Positions 49,394 to 59,235 are shown, counted from the first letter of the stretch. The stretch is 64,000 nt of DNA from an uncultured Gemmatimonadaceae bacterium (GCA_963843845.1 CAWJMB010000002.1:864001-928000); one strand, 5' to 3'. Notes: generated from the sequence alone by a model not told the origin. Made by a program: numbers and translations.

Positions 49394-51051
49394 GCCGCCG
49401 CCTCCATCAGCCGCGCGACGAGCGCCACCGGGATCGAGCCGTGACCCAGCAGCTCGTCGTGGAACGCCTTGAGCGAGAAGCCGTCGCCGAGCGCGCGCCG
49501 GCGGCGCTCGCGCAGCGCGTGGATCTCGCGGGTGCCCAACCAGTACATGATCGCCGTTCCCGGAAACATCGACGCCTTCGTCACCTCGCCGCGCGCCGCC
49601 TCCGCGCTCGCGCCGACCTGCGCGACCCAGAACGCGACGCCCTCGTCGTACGTGATCGCGCCCGTGTGCAGCTCGAGGTCGAGCACGGCGCGCGCGAGGA
49701 AGCGCACCTTCGAGTGTTGCTCCGCGACGCGCTCGAGCGGCGTCAGGAACTCCAGCTCCTCCATGAGCGCCGTCGCGTAGCACGCCCACCCTTCCGCCAT
49801 CGTGCCGCCGCAGAACATCCCGATGCGGCTCGCGCAGTCGACGGCCGCGACTCGTCCGATCCGTGTGGGGGCGCGGTGATAGGCGTGCCAGTTCTGCACG
49901 TGGTGGCCGATCGCGCCGTGATGCACGACGTGATTGAGCGTGACGACGCTCCGGTTCCACGCGCGGAGGTGCGCCGCGGCATCGTCGGCCGGCAGCGGGG
50001 GCACCGCGTACTCGTACGTCGTGTAGCGGTCGAGCGGGGCGGGCGAGCGGTAGAACAGGTAGTACAGGTAGGGCGCCGCCTCGCTCGTCCACCGCGGAAA
50101 CTCGACGTACCGGATCGGCCACGCCGGCCACGTCACGACGTCGTGCTCGGCCGCGCGCGCGTGACACGCCGACCACACCTCGCCGAACACCCGCAGGTAC
50201 TCGTCCGGCGCCGGGTGATCGGCGGCGAGCCACGCCTGTGCGTGTCCCCACGACCCCGCCGTCGCGTGCGCCACCTCGTCCAGCCGGGCGCGCTCGGCGC
50301 CCAACGCGGCGCGCGCCTCGCCGAGCAACGTCGCGATCGGCGTGTCGCAGGCGTGACCGCGCGTGAGCAGCAGCGTCAGCATCTCGCGCCCGCACGCGAG
50401 CGCCTCGTCGGTCGCGGTCGGCCGCGCGCGGAGCCACGCCGCGAACGCCGAGAACGCCGCGCGCGCCGCGTCCGCTCCGTTCACCACCGCGCGCCGGATT
50501 CCGTCCGGCACCGTCGGGTGCGCCTCGATCCACCGCGCGAGCCCGGTCGTGAGCAGGACGTGCGCGCCCGTACACTCGCGAAGCGCGCGCGCCGTCCATG
50601 CCGGGTGCGGGGCCGCGGTGCCTAACGTCGCGCGCGCGTCGCCGAGGAACGGGGGGACGGCCGCCAGCCGCGATGCTGCCGACCGCATGCGCTCGGCGAC
50701 CGGCGCGAAGTCGCGGATCATGAGCGAGACGAGGCCGAAGATCGCCTCGCCGGTCCACAGCGCGGGGTTGCCACGCGGGCCGTGCGCTCCCGCCACCTCC
50801 GCCCGCTGAATCTCGAGAAAGCCGCGCGCCAGCTCGGCGTCCACCTCGTCCGGCCGCGACGGCGTCGCGAAGGCCGGGAGGGCCGCGTGCAGGGCCTCCA
50901 TCTCCGCGTCGAGCGCGGCGAGCCCCGCGGGCGACCAGTCGGGCAGCACGGCGTCGTAGTCGTGCACGCCGGTGCACGTCGCGTTCACCGGGCGCCGCGC
51001 GTAGTAGTGCGCCATGAACGCGTCGAGCGCCGACCCCAGCTCGCCGCTCAT
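49390..51051 (-). CDS. DUF885 family protein (putative zinc peptidase)
   Basis: P..AT..GVHDYD, HHGAIGHHVQ, AEGWACY, YWLG, FHDELL..GSIP. Confidence 0.85.
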   Translation of the reverse strand: MSGELGSALDAFMAHYYARRPVNATCTGVHDYDAVLPDWSPAGLAALDAEMEALHAALPAFATPSRPDEVDAELARGFLEIQRAEVAGAHGPRGNPALWTGEAIFGLVSLMIRDFAPVAERMRSAASRLAAVPPFLGDARATLGTAAPHPAWTARALRECTGAHVLLTTGLARWIEAHPTVPDGIRRAVVNGADAARAAFSAFAAWLRARPTATDEALACGREMLTLLLTRGHACDTPIATLLGEARAALGAERARLDEVAHATAGSWGHAQAWLAADHPAPDEYLRVFGEVWSACHARAAEHDVVTWPAWPIRYVEFPRWTSEAAPYLYYLFYRSPAPLDRYTTYEYAVPPLPADDAAAHLRAWNRSVVTLNHVVHHGAIGHHVQNWHAYHRAPTRIGRVAAVDCASRIGMFCGGTMAEGWACYATALMEELEFLTPLERVAEQHSKVRFLARAVLDLELHTGAITYDEGVAFWVAQVGASAEAARGEVTKASMFPGTAIMYWLGTREIHALRERRRRALGDGFSLKAFHDELLGHGSIPVALVARLMEAAA

Positions 51052-52178
51052 GCGGTCGACGCCTCGAGCGGGATCGACACCCACCGCCGCTCGCGGAATG
51101 ACCGCTCGACGGCGTTGATGAGCTCCTGCACGTGCGCGCCGTCCTCGAAGCTTCCCTCGTTCTCCGGCCCATCGCCGATGATCTCGTCGACGAACGAGCG
51201 GATGAGGTTCGCGTAGAACAGCGAGCGCCACGACTCCCGCGCGTGGCCGCCGCTCGGGTAGAAGTGCGGCGGGATCTCCAGGTCGCGGAACTCGACCGCG
51301 TGCTTCGTCGCTCCCTTCAGCGACTCGGCGACGCCCCGCTCTTCGACGAGGCGACAGATCAGCGCGCCCTCGCTGCCGTAGACGCGCGCCTCGAGTCCCG
51401 GGTAGTTGCCGACCGTCACGAAGCTCGTCTGGATCGACCCGATCGCGCCGCTCGCGAACTCGCCGATGAAGATGTCGCCGTCGTCGATGTTCATGCGCAT
51501 CATCGTGCCCGTGGCGCGGACGACGCGCTCGGGCACGAAGTTCTTCATCGTCCCGACGACCTGCGCGAAGCGACTCCCCATGAACAGGTGGCCCAGGTCC
51601 ATGATCGGCGCGCCGTACCCTTCCAGCGACGAGACGTGGATCGTCGACTGGTCGGCGGTGTGGTCGACCTGGCGGAGCGGCGTCTGCGGGTCGAGCCACT
51701 GCGAGTTCTGCTCGTAGCCGTTGAAGATGAACGGCGTCCCGACGAAGCCGTCGTCGATGAGCGCCTTCATGTAGCGCATCGCCGGGCTGTAGCGGAAGGT
51801 GAAGCCGAGCTTCGTCTTGAGTCCCTTCGAGCGGGCGAGCGCGGCGGCGCGCTGCGTGTCCCGATAGTCGTAGGCGACCGGCTTCTCGCAGAGCACGTGC
51901 TTGCCTGCCTCGAGCGCGCTCCACGACAGCGCGAAGTGCGTCGCGCTCGGCGTGCACACGTCGACGACGTCGACGTCGTGACGCGCGATCAGCGCCTCGG
52001 GCGAGTCGTAGACGTGCGGCACGCCGAACGTCGCGGCCATCGCCCGCGCCCGCTCGACGACCGGGTCGGCGATCGCGACGAGCTCGCACCGCGGGTCGCG
52101 CGCCCACCCGGGCAGGTGCGCGAACTCGGCCCAGGCGCCGGCGCCTAACACTCCTACGCGGACGGGTCGGGACGGCAT
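51048..52178 (-). CDS. Gfo/Idh/MocA family oxidoreductase
   Basis: GVLGAG, VCTP...H, GKHVLCEKP. Confidence 0.92.
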   Translation of the reverse strand: MPSRPVRVGVLGAGAWAEFAHLPGWARDPRCELVAIADPVVERARAMAATFGVPHVYDSPEALIARHDVDVVDVCTPSATHFALSWSALEAGKHVLCEKPVAYDYRDTQRAAALARSKGLKTKLGFTFRYSPAMRYMKALIDDGFVGTPFIFNGYEQNSQWLDPQTPLRQVDHTADQSTIHVSSLEGYGAPIMDLGHLFMGSRFAQVVGTMKNFVPERVVRATGTMMRMNIDDGDIFIGEFASGAIGSIQTSFVTVGNYPGLEARVYGSEGALICRLVEERGVAESLKGATKHAVEFRDLEIPPHFYPSGGHARESWRSLFYANLIRSFVDEIIGDGPENEGSFEDGAHVQELINAVERSFRERRWVSIPLEASTA

Positions 52179-52253
52179 CGCGGGCGGGGTTCGTGGTGGA
52201 GGGATCGCGCACAGATTAGTGCGCGGCGCAGCGGGATGCGACAGATTGCGTGC

Positions 52254-53168
52254 ATGCGTGTGACGGTCTCCATCCCCGCCCTCGGTCTGCTCGCCGCCTG
52301 CCAGCCCGCCCCCGTGCGGTGGGACGAGGCGGCGGAACGCCAGGCGCTCGTGCCCGCGACGAGCGTCGCCGTCGACTCGATCCGCGACGCGACGCTCGGC
52401 ACCGTGTTCGCCACGCCAGCGAGCGGAGCGCGCATGCTGCCCTCGGGCGGAGCGAGCTTCGTCTCCCCGACGGGCGACGCGCCGCCCGCGCCCCCCGCCC
52501 CGACGCTGAACGCCCTCGCCGCCGCGTGCCCGCGCTCGGTGCGCGTCGCCGTCGGGCGCGGCGGCGAGCGGGTGGCCGCGTGGTGGGCGCTGCGGCCATC
52601 CGGGCGCGCGCTGCTGCTCGCGAGCCGCTCGGGTGACGCCGGAGCGACCTGGGAGACCCCGACGCGCGTCGACACGCTCGACGTCGCGACGAGCGGGTGC
52701 GACCGCCCGGCGCCCGCGGTGGCGGTCGACAGCGCGAACGGCTACGCGCACGTCGCCTACTCGATCGAGGCGCCCGAGGGGACGGGAGTGTTCTACGCGC
52801 ACCGCATGGGTCCGAGCATGCCGTTCGAGGCGCCGCGGGTCATCATCTACGGCGACCACGTCACGCCGGTGAGCGTCGCCTCGGCGGGGATGCGCGTCGT
52901 CGTCGGATACGAGGACCCGAACACCGGCGGCCGCCCCTACGTCTCGCTCGCCCTGTCGCGCAGCGCGGGGCATCTGTGGGACGAGCGGTTCGCCGTGTCG
53001 AGCGGGGCGGAGAGCGCCACGCGGCCGGCGGTCGCGCTGCGCGGGCGGCAGGTCGCCGTCGGATGGATGGTGCCGGCGTCGCCGACGACGCTGCTCGCGA
53101 CCGACGACCCGTACCGCGCGACGATCGGGGGCGGGGTGGTGGTGGTGCGCGTCGGGGAGCTTCGCTGA
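52254..53168 (+). CDS. Lipoprotein with Asp-box/BNR-like repeats
   Basis: LLAAC; SRSGDAGATW, SRSAGHLW. Confidence 0.7.
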   Translation: MRVTVSIPALGLLAACQPAPVRWDEAAERQALVPATSVAVDSIRDATLGTVFATPASGARMLPSGGASFVSPTGDAPPAPPAPTLNALAAACPRSVRVAVGRGGERVAAWWALRPSGRALLLASRSGDAGATWETPTRVDTLDVATSGCDRPAPAVAVDSANGYAHVAYSIEAPEGTGVFYAHRMGPSMPFEAPRVIIYGDHVTPVSVASAGMRVVVGYEDPNTGGRPYVSLALSRSAGHLWDERFAVSSGAESATRPAVALRGRQVAVGWMVPASPTTLLATDDPYRATIGGGVVVVRVGELR

Positions 53169-53221
53169 TGCGGGCCCGGACACGCACCGTCTGACGCGCC
53201 CCGCCTGACCCGCCGCCGCGC

Positions 53222-53896
53222 ATGCACGTCCTCCTCGCCCTCTCCGACGCGACGCTGCGCGCGACGCTGCACGACGCGTTAGGCGCGGCGGGGCACGAGG
53301 TGACGATCGTGACGGACGCCGCCGCGGTCGTCGACGCGATCGCGCTCGACGGCGAGTCGATCGTGCTCGCGGGGGATAGCGCGGCGATCCCCGGCGGCGC
53401 CGCGAGCACCCTCGCGCTCGACGTCTGCCGCGCGGTGCGTCGCGACGCCCGCGCGACGACGCGGACGTTCGTGCTCGCCATGCTGCCGTCGGCGGTTCCG
53501 GGCGACATCGAGGAGCTCGTCGACGCCGGCGTCGACGACTTCATCCTCGCCGAGTCGACGCCGGCGAGCCTCGGCGCGCGCGTCGTCGCGCGGGCGACGC
53601 TCGGCGCGCGCTTCATGGCCGAGGCGGCCGCGCGGCGGAGCGCCGAGGCGGCGCTCGCGCGCACGCAGCGCTTGTTGGGCATCGACGAGGCGTCGGCGAC
53701 GTTGCAGCACGAGATCAACAATCCGCTCGCCGCGCTGCTCGCGCACGCCTCGCTCCTCGAGCAGGGGATCTACGAGCCGGGCGAGGAGCGCGAGCTGTTG
53801 GGCGTCATCACCGAGCAGGCCTACCGCATCGCCGCGGTCGTGAAGCGCCTCGCGGCGCTGCGCTATCCGGACGCGGACGAGTTCATCCCGAGCTGA
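53222..53896 (+). CDS. Degenerate receiver domain + HisKA domain, no ATPase domain
   Basis: REC-like N-terminus (..AGVDDFI), H-box LQHEINNPL, stop shortly after the helical hairpin. Confidence 0.75.
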   Translation: MHVLLALSDATLRATLHDALGAAGHEVTIVTDAAAVVDAIALDGESIVLAGDSAAIPGGAASTLALDVCRAVRRDARATTRTFVLAMLPSAVPGDIEELVDAGVDDFILAESTPASLGARVVARATLGARFMAEAAARRSAEAALARTQRLLGIDEASATLQHEINNPLAALLAHASLLEQGIYEPGEERELLGVITEQAYRIAAVVKRLAALRYPDADEFIPS

Positions 53897-53922
53897 CGCG
53901 GCGACCCCCGATCCCCGACTCC

Positions 53923-54816
53923 ATGCACTACTTCGGCTCACACACGCCCGACAGCGGCGGGATCGCGATGGCGGCGCGGCGCGCCGGCAACGCCGGGATG
54001 CGCGCCATGCAGCTGTTCACGGCGATCCCGAAGTTCTACAACGAGAAGGTGAGCGTCCGTCCGGAGCGCCTCGAGCGCTTCCGCGAGGCCGTCGCCACGA
54101 CGACCGTGTCGCTCGCCCACACCGTGTCGCACGCGGCGTACGTGCTGAACGTCGCGACGCCGGACGCGGCGAAGTGGGGGCGCGCGGCGGCAGGGCTCGC
54201 GAAGGAGTTGGAGCGGTCGACGGCGTTGGGCCTCGGGATGGTCTGCTTCCATCCGGGGGCGGCGACCGACGGCGACCGCGACGCGGCGGTGAAGCGCGTG
54301 GCCGTCGCGATGCGCCAGGCGATCGAGGCGGTCGACGGCCAGACCCGCCTGTTGGTCGAGAATACCGCGGGCGCCGGCTCGACGGTCGCGCGCACGGCCG
54401 AGGAGATCGCCGCGATCCTGAGCGAACTGCCGTCGTCCGTTCGGCAGCGCGCGGGCTACGGGCTCGACACGTGTCACCTGTTCGCCTCCGGCTACGACAT
54501 CGCGAGCGACCCGGTCGCGTTCACGACGGTGCTCGACACGTTCACGACGACCGTGGGCGAGCCGCCGCGCTTCTTCCATCTGAACGACAGCCAGGGCGCG
54601 CTCGGCTCGAACCGCGACCGGCACATGCTGCTCGGCGACGGGGCGATCGGCGCGGACGCGTTCGGGTGGCTGCTCGCCGACCCGCGCAGCCGGAACGTGC
54701 CGCTCATTCTCGAGACGCCGCACGCGCACGACGAGCCCGCCGACGACGACGACACTCCCGACCCGAACGACGTGAAGATGATGGCGCTGCTCGCCCGACT
54801 CGCCGAGGGACGATGA
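53923..54816 (+). CDS. nfo: Endonuclease IV
   Basis: HAAYVLN, FHPG, ENTAG, LDTCHLFASG, HLNDS, DRH, ILETP. Confidence 0.93.
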   Translation: MHYFGSHTPDSGGIAMAARRAGNAGMRAMQLFTAIPKFYNEKVSVRPERLERFREAVATTTVSLAHTVSHAAYVLNVATPDAAKWGRAAAGLAKELERSTALGLGMVCFHPGAATDGDRDAAVKRVAVAMRQAIEAVDGQTRLLVENTAGAGSTVARTAEEIAAILSELPSSVRQRAGYGLDTCHLFASGYDIASDPVAFTTVLDTFTTTVGEPPRFFHLNDSQGALGSNRDRHMLLGDGAIGADAFGWLLADPRSRNVPLILETPHAHDEPADDDDTPDPNDVKMMALLARLAEGR

Positions 54817-56441
54817 CTCGCCCCGCACACCGCCGCGCGGCCACAGCGGCCGCGGTGGCCTTCGGCACCGCGGCCGCCGTGTGCGGCGCGACGCCGAGCG
54901 CCGCGCAGCGCGCCGGGCCGACTGGGCCGACGACGTCGCCGGGCGTGTTCGTGCTCGTGAACGGCGACGACACCGTCGCCGTCGAGCGCCTCCGTCTCGC
55001 CGGCGACACCGTCATCGCCGAGGCGCGGTCGCCGAGAGCGCCGGCGCGCGTGCGGCTGACGATCGCGACGGCCCGCGACGGGCTCGTGTCGCAGGTGCGG
55101 CTCGAAGCGTTCCTCGCTGCCGCGGCCGACGACGCGCCGCCGGCACAGCAGGCGCGCTTTCGCTTCGACGGCGATACGGTGCGCATCGACGGCGTCACGA
55201 CGGCGTCGGTGCCGGCGATCCGCGGCACACTGCCGTGGCTCAACCCGTCGATGGCCCTCGTCGAGCAGATCGTGCGGCGCGCCCGGGCGCTCGGCAGCGC
55301 GTCGGTGCAGGTGCCGATGATCGACCTGTCGTCGGGGCAGAAGTTCACCGTCGCCGTCGAGCGCAACGGCCCCGACTCGGCGATCGTGCGGCTGCCGACC
55401 GCGGAGATGCGGCTCGCCATCGCGGCAGACGGGCGGGTCGTCGGCGGGGTGGTGCCGGCGCAGCGCGTGCGGATCACCCGCGTCGCGGCCATCGACGCCG
55501 GCGCTGGCCGCCCGCACGTGCCGGACTACTCCGCCCCGCCGAGCGCGCCGTACGTGGCCGAGGAGGTGCGCGTCGCGACGCCGGGCGGGTTCGCGCTCGC
55601 CGGCACGTTCACGCGCCCGCGGACGGCAGCCGGGGTCCGCGTCCCCGCCGTCGTGACGATCACGGGATCGGGGCAGTCGGACCGTGACGAGGCGCTGAAC
55701 GGGATGCGCGGGTACCGCCCGTTCCGCGACCTCGCCGACACGCTCGGGCGACGCGGCATCGCCGTACTCCGTCTCGACGACCGCGGCTTCGGTGCGTCGG
55801 GAGGGAGCGCGGCGACGGCGACGTCGCAGGATTTCGCGAGCGACGTACGGGCGGCGCTCGCCTGGCTGCGCGCCCGCCCCGACGTCGACCCGGCGCGGCT
55901 GGGGCTCGTCGGCCACAGCGAGGGGGGACTCATCGCGCCACTCGTCGCCGACGGCGATACCTCGCTCGCCGCGATGGTCCTCATGGCCGGGCCGGCGTGG
56001 ACGGGACGGCGCATTCTCTCGCAGCAGCAGGAGTACGCGGTCACGAGCAACGCATCGATCCTCCCGGCACAGCGCGACTCGCTGCTCGCGCGCATGCGGC
56101 AGGCGACCGACTCGGTCGGGCGGGCGCAGCCGTGGCTCCGCTTCTTCCTCGACTACGACCCGGTCCCCACGGCGCGCCGCGTGCGCGTGCCCACGCTCGT
56201 GCTGCAGGGCGCGACCGACCGCCAGATCGACCCGGCGCAGGCCGAGGAGTTGGCGGCGGCGCTGCGCTCGGGAGGGAACCGCGCCGTCCAGCTCCGCACG
56301 TTCCCGACGACGAACCACCTGTTCCTCGAGGATCCGAGCGGCGACCCGGCCGGGTACGGCGCCCTCGCCGCGACGCGCGTGCGCTCCGACGTTCTCGGGG
56401 TGATCGCCGACTGGCTCTCGACGACGCTGCGCGTAAAGTGA
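54813..56441 (+). CDS. Exported alpha/beta hydrolase
   Basis: Signal peptide, TGSG..DRD, DDRGFGAS, GHSEGG, QGATDRQ, NHLF. Confidence 0.88.
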   Translation: MTRPAHRRAATAAAVAFGTAAAVCGATPSAAQRAGPTGPTTSPGVFVLVNGDDTVAVERLRLAGDTVIAEARSPRAPARVRLTIATARDGLVSQVRLEAFLAAAADDAPPAQQARFRFDGDTVRIDGVTTASVPAIRGTLPWLNPSMALVEQIVRRARALGSASVQVPMIDLSSGQKFTVAVERNGPDSAIVRLPTAEMRLAIAADGRVVGGVVPAQRVRITRVAAIDAGAGRPHVPDYSAPPSAPYVAEEVRVATPGGFALAGTFTRPRTAAGVRVPAVVTITGSGQSDRDEALNGMRGYRPFRDLADTLGRRGIAVLRLDDRGFGASGGSAATATSQDFASDVRAALAWLRARPDVDPARLGLVGHSEGGLIAPLVADGDTSLAAMVLMAGPAWTGRRILSQQQEYAVTSNASILPAQRDSLLARMRQATDSVGRAQPWLRFFLDYDPVPTARRVRVPTLVLQGATDRQIDPAQAEELAAALRSGGNRAVQLRTFPTTNHLFLEDPSGDPAGYGALAATRVRSDVLGVIADWLSTTLRVK

Positions 56442-56575
56442 CCGGACGCACCTTTTTCCAGCCCCCTCTTGCGAGAGCGAGCGTACGGCTATTGCGTCTG
56501 CGCAGAGCGCACTTAGGTTTGGGCGCGATCGCTCCCTAATTCATCACCGCGCTCGATCCCTCTCCAGGAGACGCG

Positions 56576-57025
56576 ATGCCCACTGCGAAGAAGTCGTCCG
56601 CGAAGAAGGCTGCGCCGGCCAAGAAGGCGGCGGCGAAGGCTCCGGCCAAGAAGGCGGCCGCCAAGGCCCCGGCGAAGCAGGCCGCGGCGAAAGCCCCGGC
56701 GGCGAAGAAGGCAGCTCCGGCGAAGAAGGCCGCCACGAAGGCCCCGGCGAAGAAGAGCGGCGCCAAGCGGGCGCTGAACCCGGCGCTCGCCGCGCCGATG
56801 ACGTCGAGCCCCGAGCTGCAGGGAATCGTCGGCACGCAGCCGATCCCGCGCTCCGAGATCACGAAGCGCATCTGGGCCTACATCAAGAAGAACGGCCTCC
56901 AGGACTCGGTGAACCGTCGCGCCATCAACGCCGACGACAAGCTCCGCCCGATCTTCGGCGGCAAGAACCAGGTCTCGATGTTCGAGATGACGGCGCTCGT
57001 GAACAAGCACATGAAGCCCGCCTGA
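56576..57025 (+). CDS. SWIB/MDM2 domain protein with histone H1-like Lys/Ala N-terminus
   Basis: PAKKA repeats; RSEITKRIWAYIKKNGLQD...INADDKL...VSMFEM. Confidence 0.92.
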   Translation: MPTAKKSSAKKAAPAKKAAAKAPAKKAAAKAPAKQAAAKAPAAKKAAPAKKAATKAPAKKSGAKRALNPALAAPMTSSPELQGIVGTQPIPRSEITKRIWAYIKKNGLQDSVNRRAINADDKLRPIFGGKNQVSMFEMTALVNKHMKPA

Positions 57026-57047
57026 TCGACCGCGACCGCGCGCTATG

Positions 57048-57082
57048 ACGAGGGGGTGCCCGGAAACGGCGCACCCCCTCGT
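57048..57082 (+). terminator. Hairpin after the SWIB gene
   Basis: ACGAGGGGGTGC...GCACCCCCTCGT. Confidence 0.65.
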
Positions 57083-57153
57083 TGCGTAGGGCCTTCCGGG
57101 TCATCTTTCCGTCCGTCCGTCCGCCGTTCGTTCTCGTCGCTCTTCCCGCCGCC

Positions 57154-57978
57154 GTGGCCGCTCCCTCACGCACTCGCTCCGAATCGAACCTGCTCGCCGC
57201 GGCGCGCGGGGGGCCCTCGCAGAACCGCTCGTCGTCTCGATCGAAGAAGCCGGAGAAGCCGGCGACGACGTGGGACAGCGTCCGCGCGTTCCTCGGCACG
57301 GTACTGATCTTCCTGCTGATCCGCACGTTCCTCTTCGAGGCGTTCCGCATTCCGTCGCCGAGCATGGTCCCGTCGCTGCTCGTCGGCGACTGGCTGTTCG
57401 TGAACAAGCTCGTCTACGGGCCGCACGTCCCGTTCACCACCGTGAACCTGCCCGGCTACGCGGACCCGAAGCGCGGCGACATCGTCGTCTTCATCTCGCC
57501 GTACCAGGCCGACGAGGCGGCGCGCGGCAACGACCCGACGCCGACGCTCGTGAAGCGGATGTGGGGAACGCCGGGCGACACGGTCTACATGCGCGACGGA
57601 GTGCTGCACATCAACGGGATTCCGCACCCGCAGGGGCGCGAGTACGCGAACAATCCGCAGGGCGATCCGAGCGAGGTGCACGAGCTGTTCGGGTGGCAGC
57701 GGCAGTACGCGCTCGCGGGCTCGCGCTTCGGGGCCGTGCCGGCCCAGCCGACGCACGACAACTGGGGGCCGCTGGTCGTTCCCGCGGCGCGGTACCTGAT
57801 GCTCGGCGACAACCGGTACAACTCGAAGGACTCGCGGTACTGGGGGTTCGTGCCGCGAGAGAACTTCCGGGGGCGGCCGATCTTCGTGTACTACTCGTAC
57901 AACGCCGACGACAGCGATCGGGCGTTGCCGTTCCTGACGGATATTCGGTGGGGGCGGTTGGGGCACATCATCCGGTAG
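57154..57978 (+). CDS. lepB: Signal peptidase I
   Basis: IPSPSMVPSL..GD, RGDIVVF, LVKR, GDNRYNSKDSRYWG; start uncertain. Confidence 0.93.
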   Translation: MAAPSRTRSESNLLAAARGGPSQNRSSSRSKKPEKPATTWDSVRAFLGTVLIFLLIRTFLFEAFRIPSPSMVPSLLVGDWLFVNKLVYGPHVPFTTVNLPGYADPKRGDIVVFISPYQADEAARGNDPTPTLVKRMWGTPGDTVYMRDGVLHINGIPHPQGREYANNPQGDPSEVHELFGWQRQYALAGSRFGAVPAQPTHDNWGPLVVPAARYLMLGDNRYNSKDSRYWGFVPRENFRGRPIFVYYSYNADDSDRALPFLTDIRWGRLGHIIR

Positions 57979-58259
57979 CGACTCGGCGACGGGACGGCGG
58001 GACGGCGGGACGGCGGGACGGTGCAGGCGGTGGGACGCCGACGATGACGCGGGAGAATCGGACGTAGGTATGCCCTGACGGCCTCGCTCCCGTCCCGCTT
58101 CACCGGCAGCGCCGTTCCGACGGCGCCTCACCGCCGACGCTGCCACGCCGTCCCGTCCCCCCCTCTCGACCCCGCCCCATCGACCCCGCCGTCCGGGTCG
58201 TTCCCCTCGCTCGCCGCCGGCCCCTAGCGTCTCGCCGAGCCTGGCGATAAACGTGACGC

Positions 58260-59228
58260 ATGCTCGCCCCCCTCTCCGCGCTGCTGGTCGCCGCGGCCGC
58301 GCCCGTCGTTCCACTCGCGCACGACACCGGCACCGTTCGCGCCGACTCGCTGACCTCGGCCGCGCTCGGCGTACGGAAGCGGGTGCTCGTCTACCTGCCG
58401 CCGTCGTACGGGCACGACGCCAGACGGCGGTACCCGGTCGTCTATCTGCTGCACGGGCTGTGGGGCGACGAGACGAACTGGACGCAGCTCGGTCGCGCGA
58501 ACGCGGCGATGGACTCGCTCGTGGCGGCCGGCGGGCGCGAGATGATCGTCGTCATGCCCGACGGCGACGACGGGTGGTACACGACGTGGGCACGCCCTGC
58601 CGACCGCGCGGCGTGCGTCGCCGACACCGCGCGGACGGAGCCGGCCGCGTCGTACTGCGTCGCCGCGGGGCGCTACGACGACTACGTGGCGCACGACGTC
58701 GTGCGCCACGTCGATGGCCGCTACCGCACGATCGCGCGGCGCGACGGGCGGGCGATCGCGGGGCTCAGCATGGGCGGCTACGGCGCGGTGACGCTCGCGC
58801 TCCGTCACCCCGAGCTGTTCGCCGCCGCGGCGAGCCACTCCGGCATCCTCGCCCCGCTCACGATCACGCCGCGCGGCGCCTCGACGCCGGGCGAGACCGC
58901 GTCGACCGACGCGCTGCGCGCCTTCTACGGAGCGCTCTACCCGACGATGGTGCCGGCGTTCGGCGCCACGGTCGCCGACTGGCGGGCGCGCGACCCGGGG
59001 CGGCTCCTGACGCGCGCCGCGACGCGCGTGGCGCTGTTCATCGACGTCGGCGCCGACGACCCGTGGGTCGCGCAGTCGCGCGCGTTCCGCGCCGCGGCCG
59101 AGCGTGCGGGGGCGCGCGTGGCGTACGCGGAGTGGCCCGGCGGCCACACGTGGGCGTACTGGCGCGCGCACGTGCCGGCGAGCCTCGCGTGGCTCGCCGC
59201 GCGGCTGGCGCCCAGCGAGCCCCGGTGA
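58260..59228 (+). CDS. Exported esterase (alpha/beta hydrolase)
   Basis: VYLPPSY, YPVVYLLHG, GLSMGG, GGHTWAYW. Confidence 0.9.
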   Translation: MLAPLSALLVAAAAPVVPLAHDTGTVRADSLTSAALGVRKRVLVYLPPSYGHDARRRYPVVYLLHGLWGDETNWTQLGRANAAMDSLVAAGGREMIVVMPDGDDGWYTTWARPADRAACVADTARTEPAASYCVAAGRYDDYVAHDVVRHVDGRYRTIARRDGRAIAGLSMGGYGAVTLALRHPELFAAAASHSGILAPLTITPRGASTPGETASTDALRAFYGALYPTMVPAFGATVADWRARDPGRLLTRAATRVALFIDVGADDPWVAQSRAFRAAAERAGARVAYAEWPGGHTWAYWRAHVPASLAWLAARLAPSEPR

Positions 59229-59235
59229 CGGCGCG

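Noticed and set aside
52201..52250. ACAGATT direct repeat in the divergent promoter region
   Set aside because: Only two 7-bp copies; too weak to call a binding site
1979..53284. Integron attC array suggested by GCCTAAC/GTTAGGC matching RYYYAAC/GTTRRRY
   Set aside because: Copies are mostly inside coding sequence, never form an inverse-core/core pair at attC spacing, and no integrase is present
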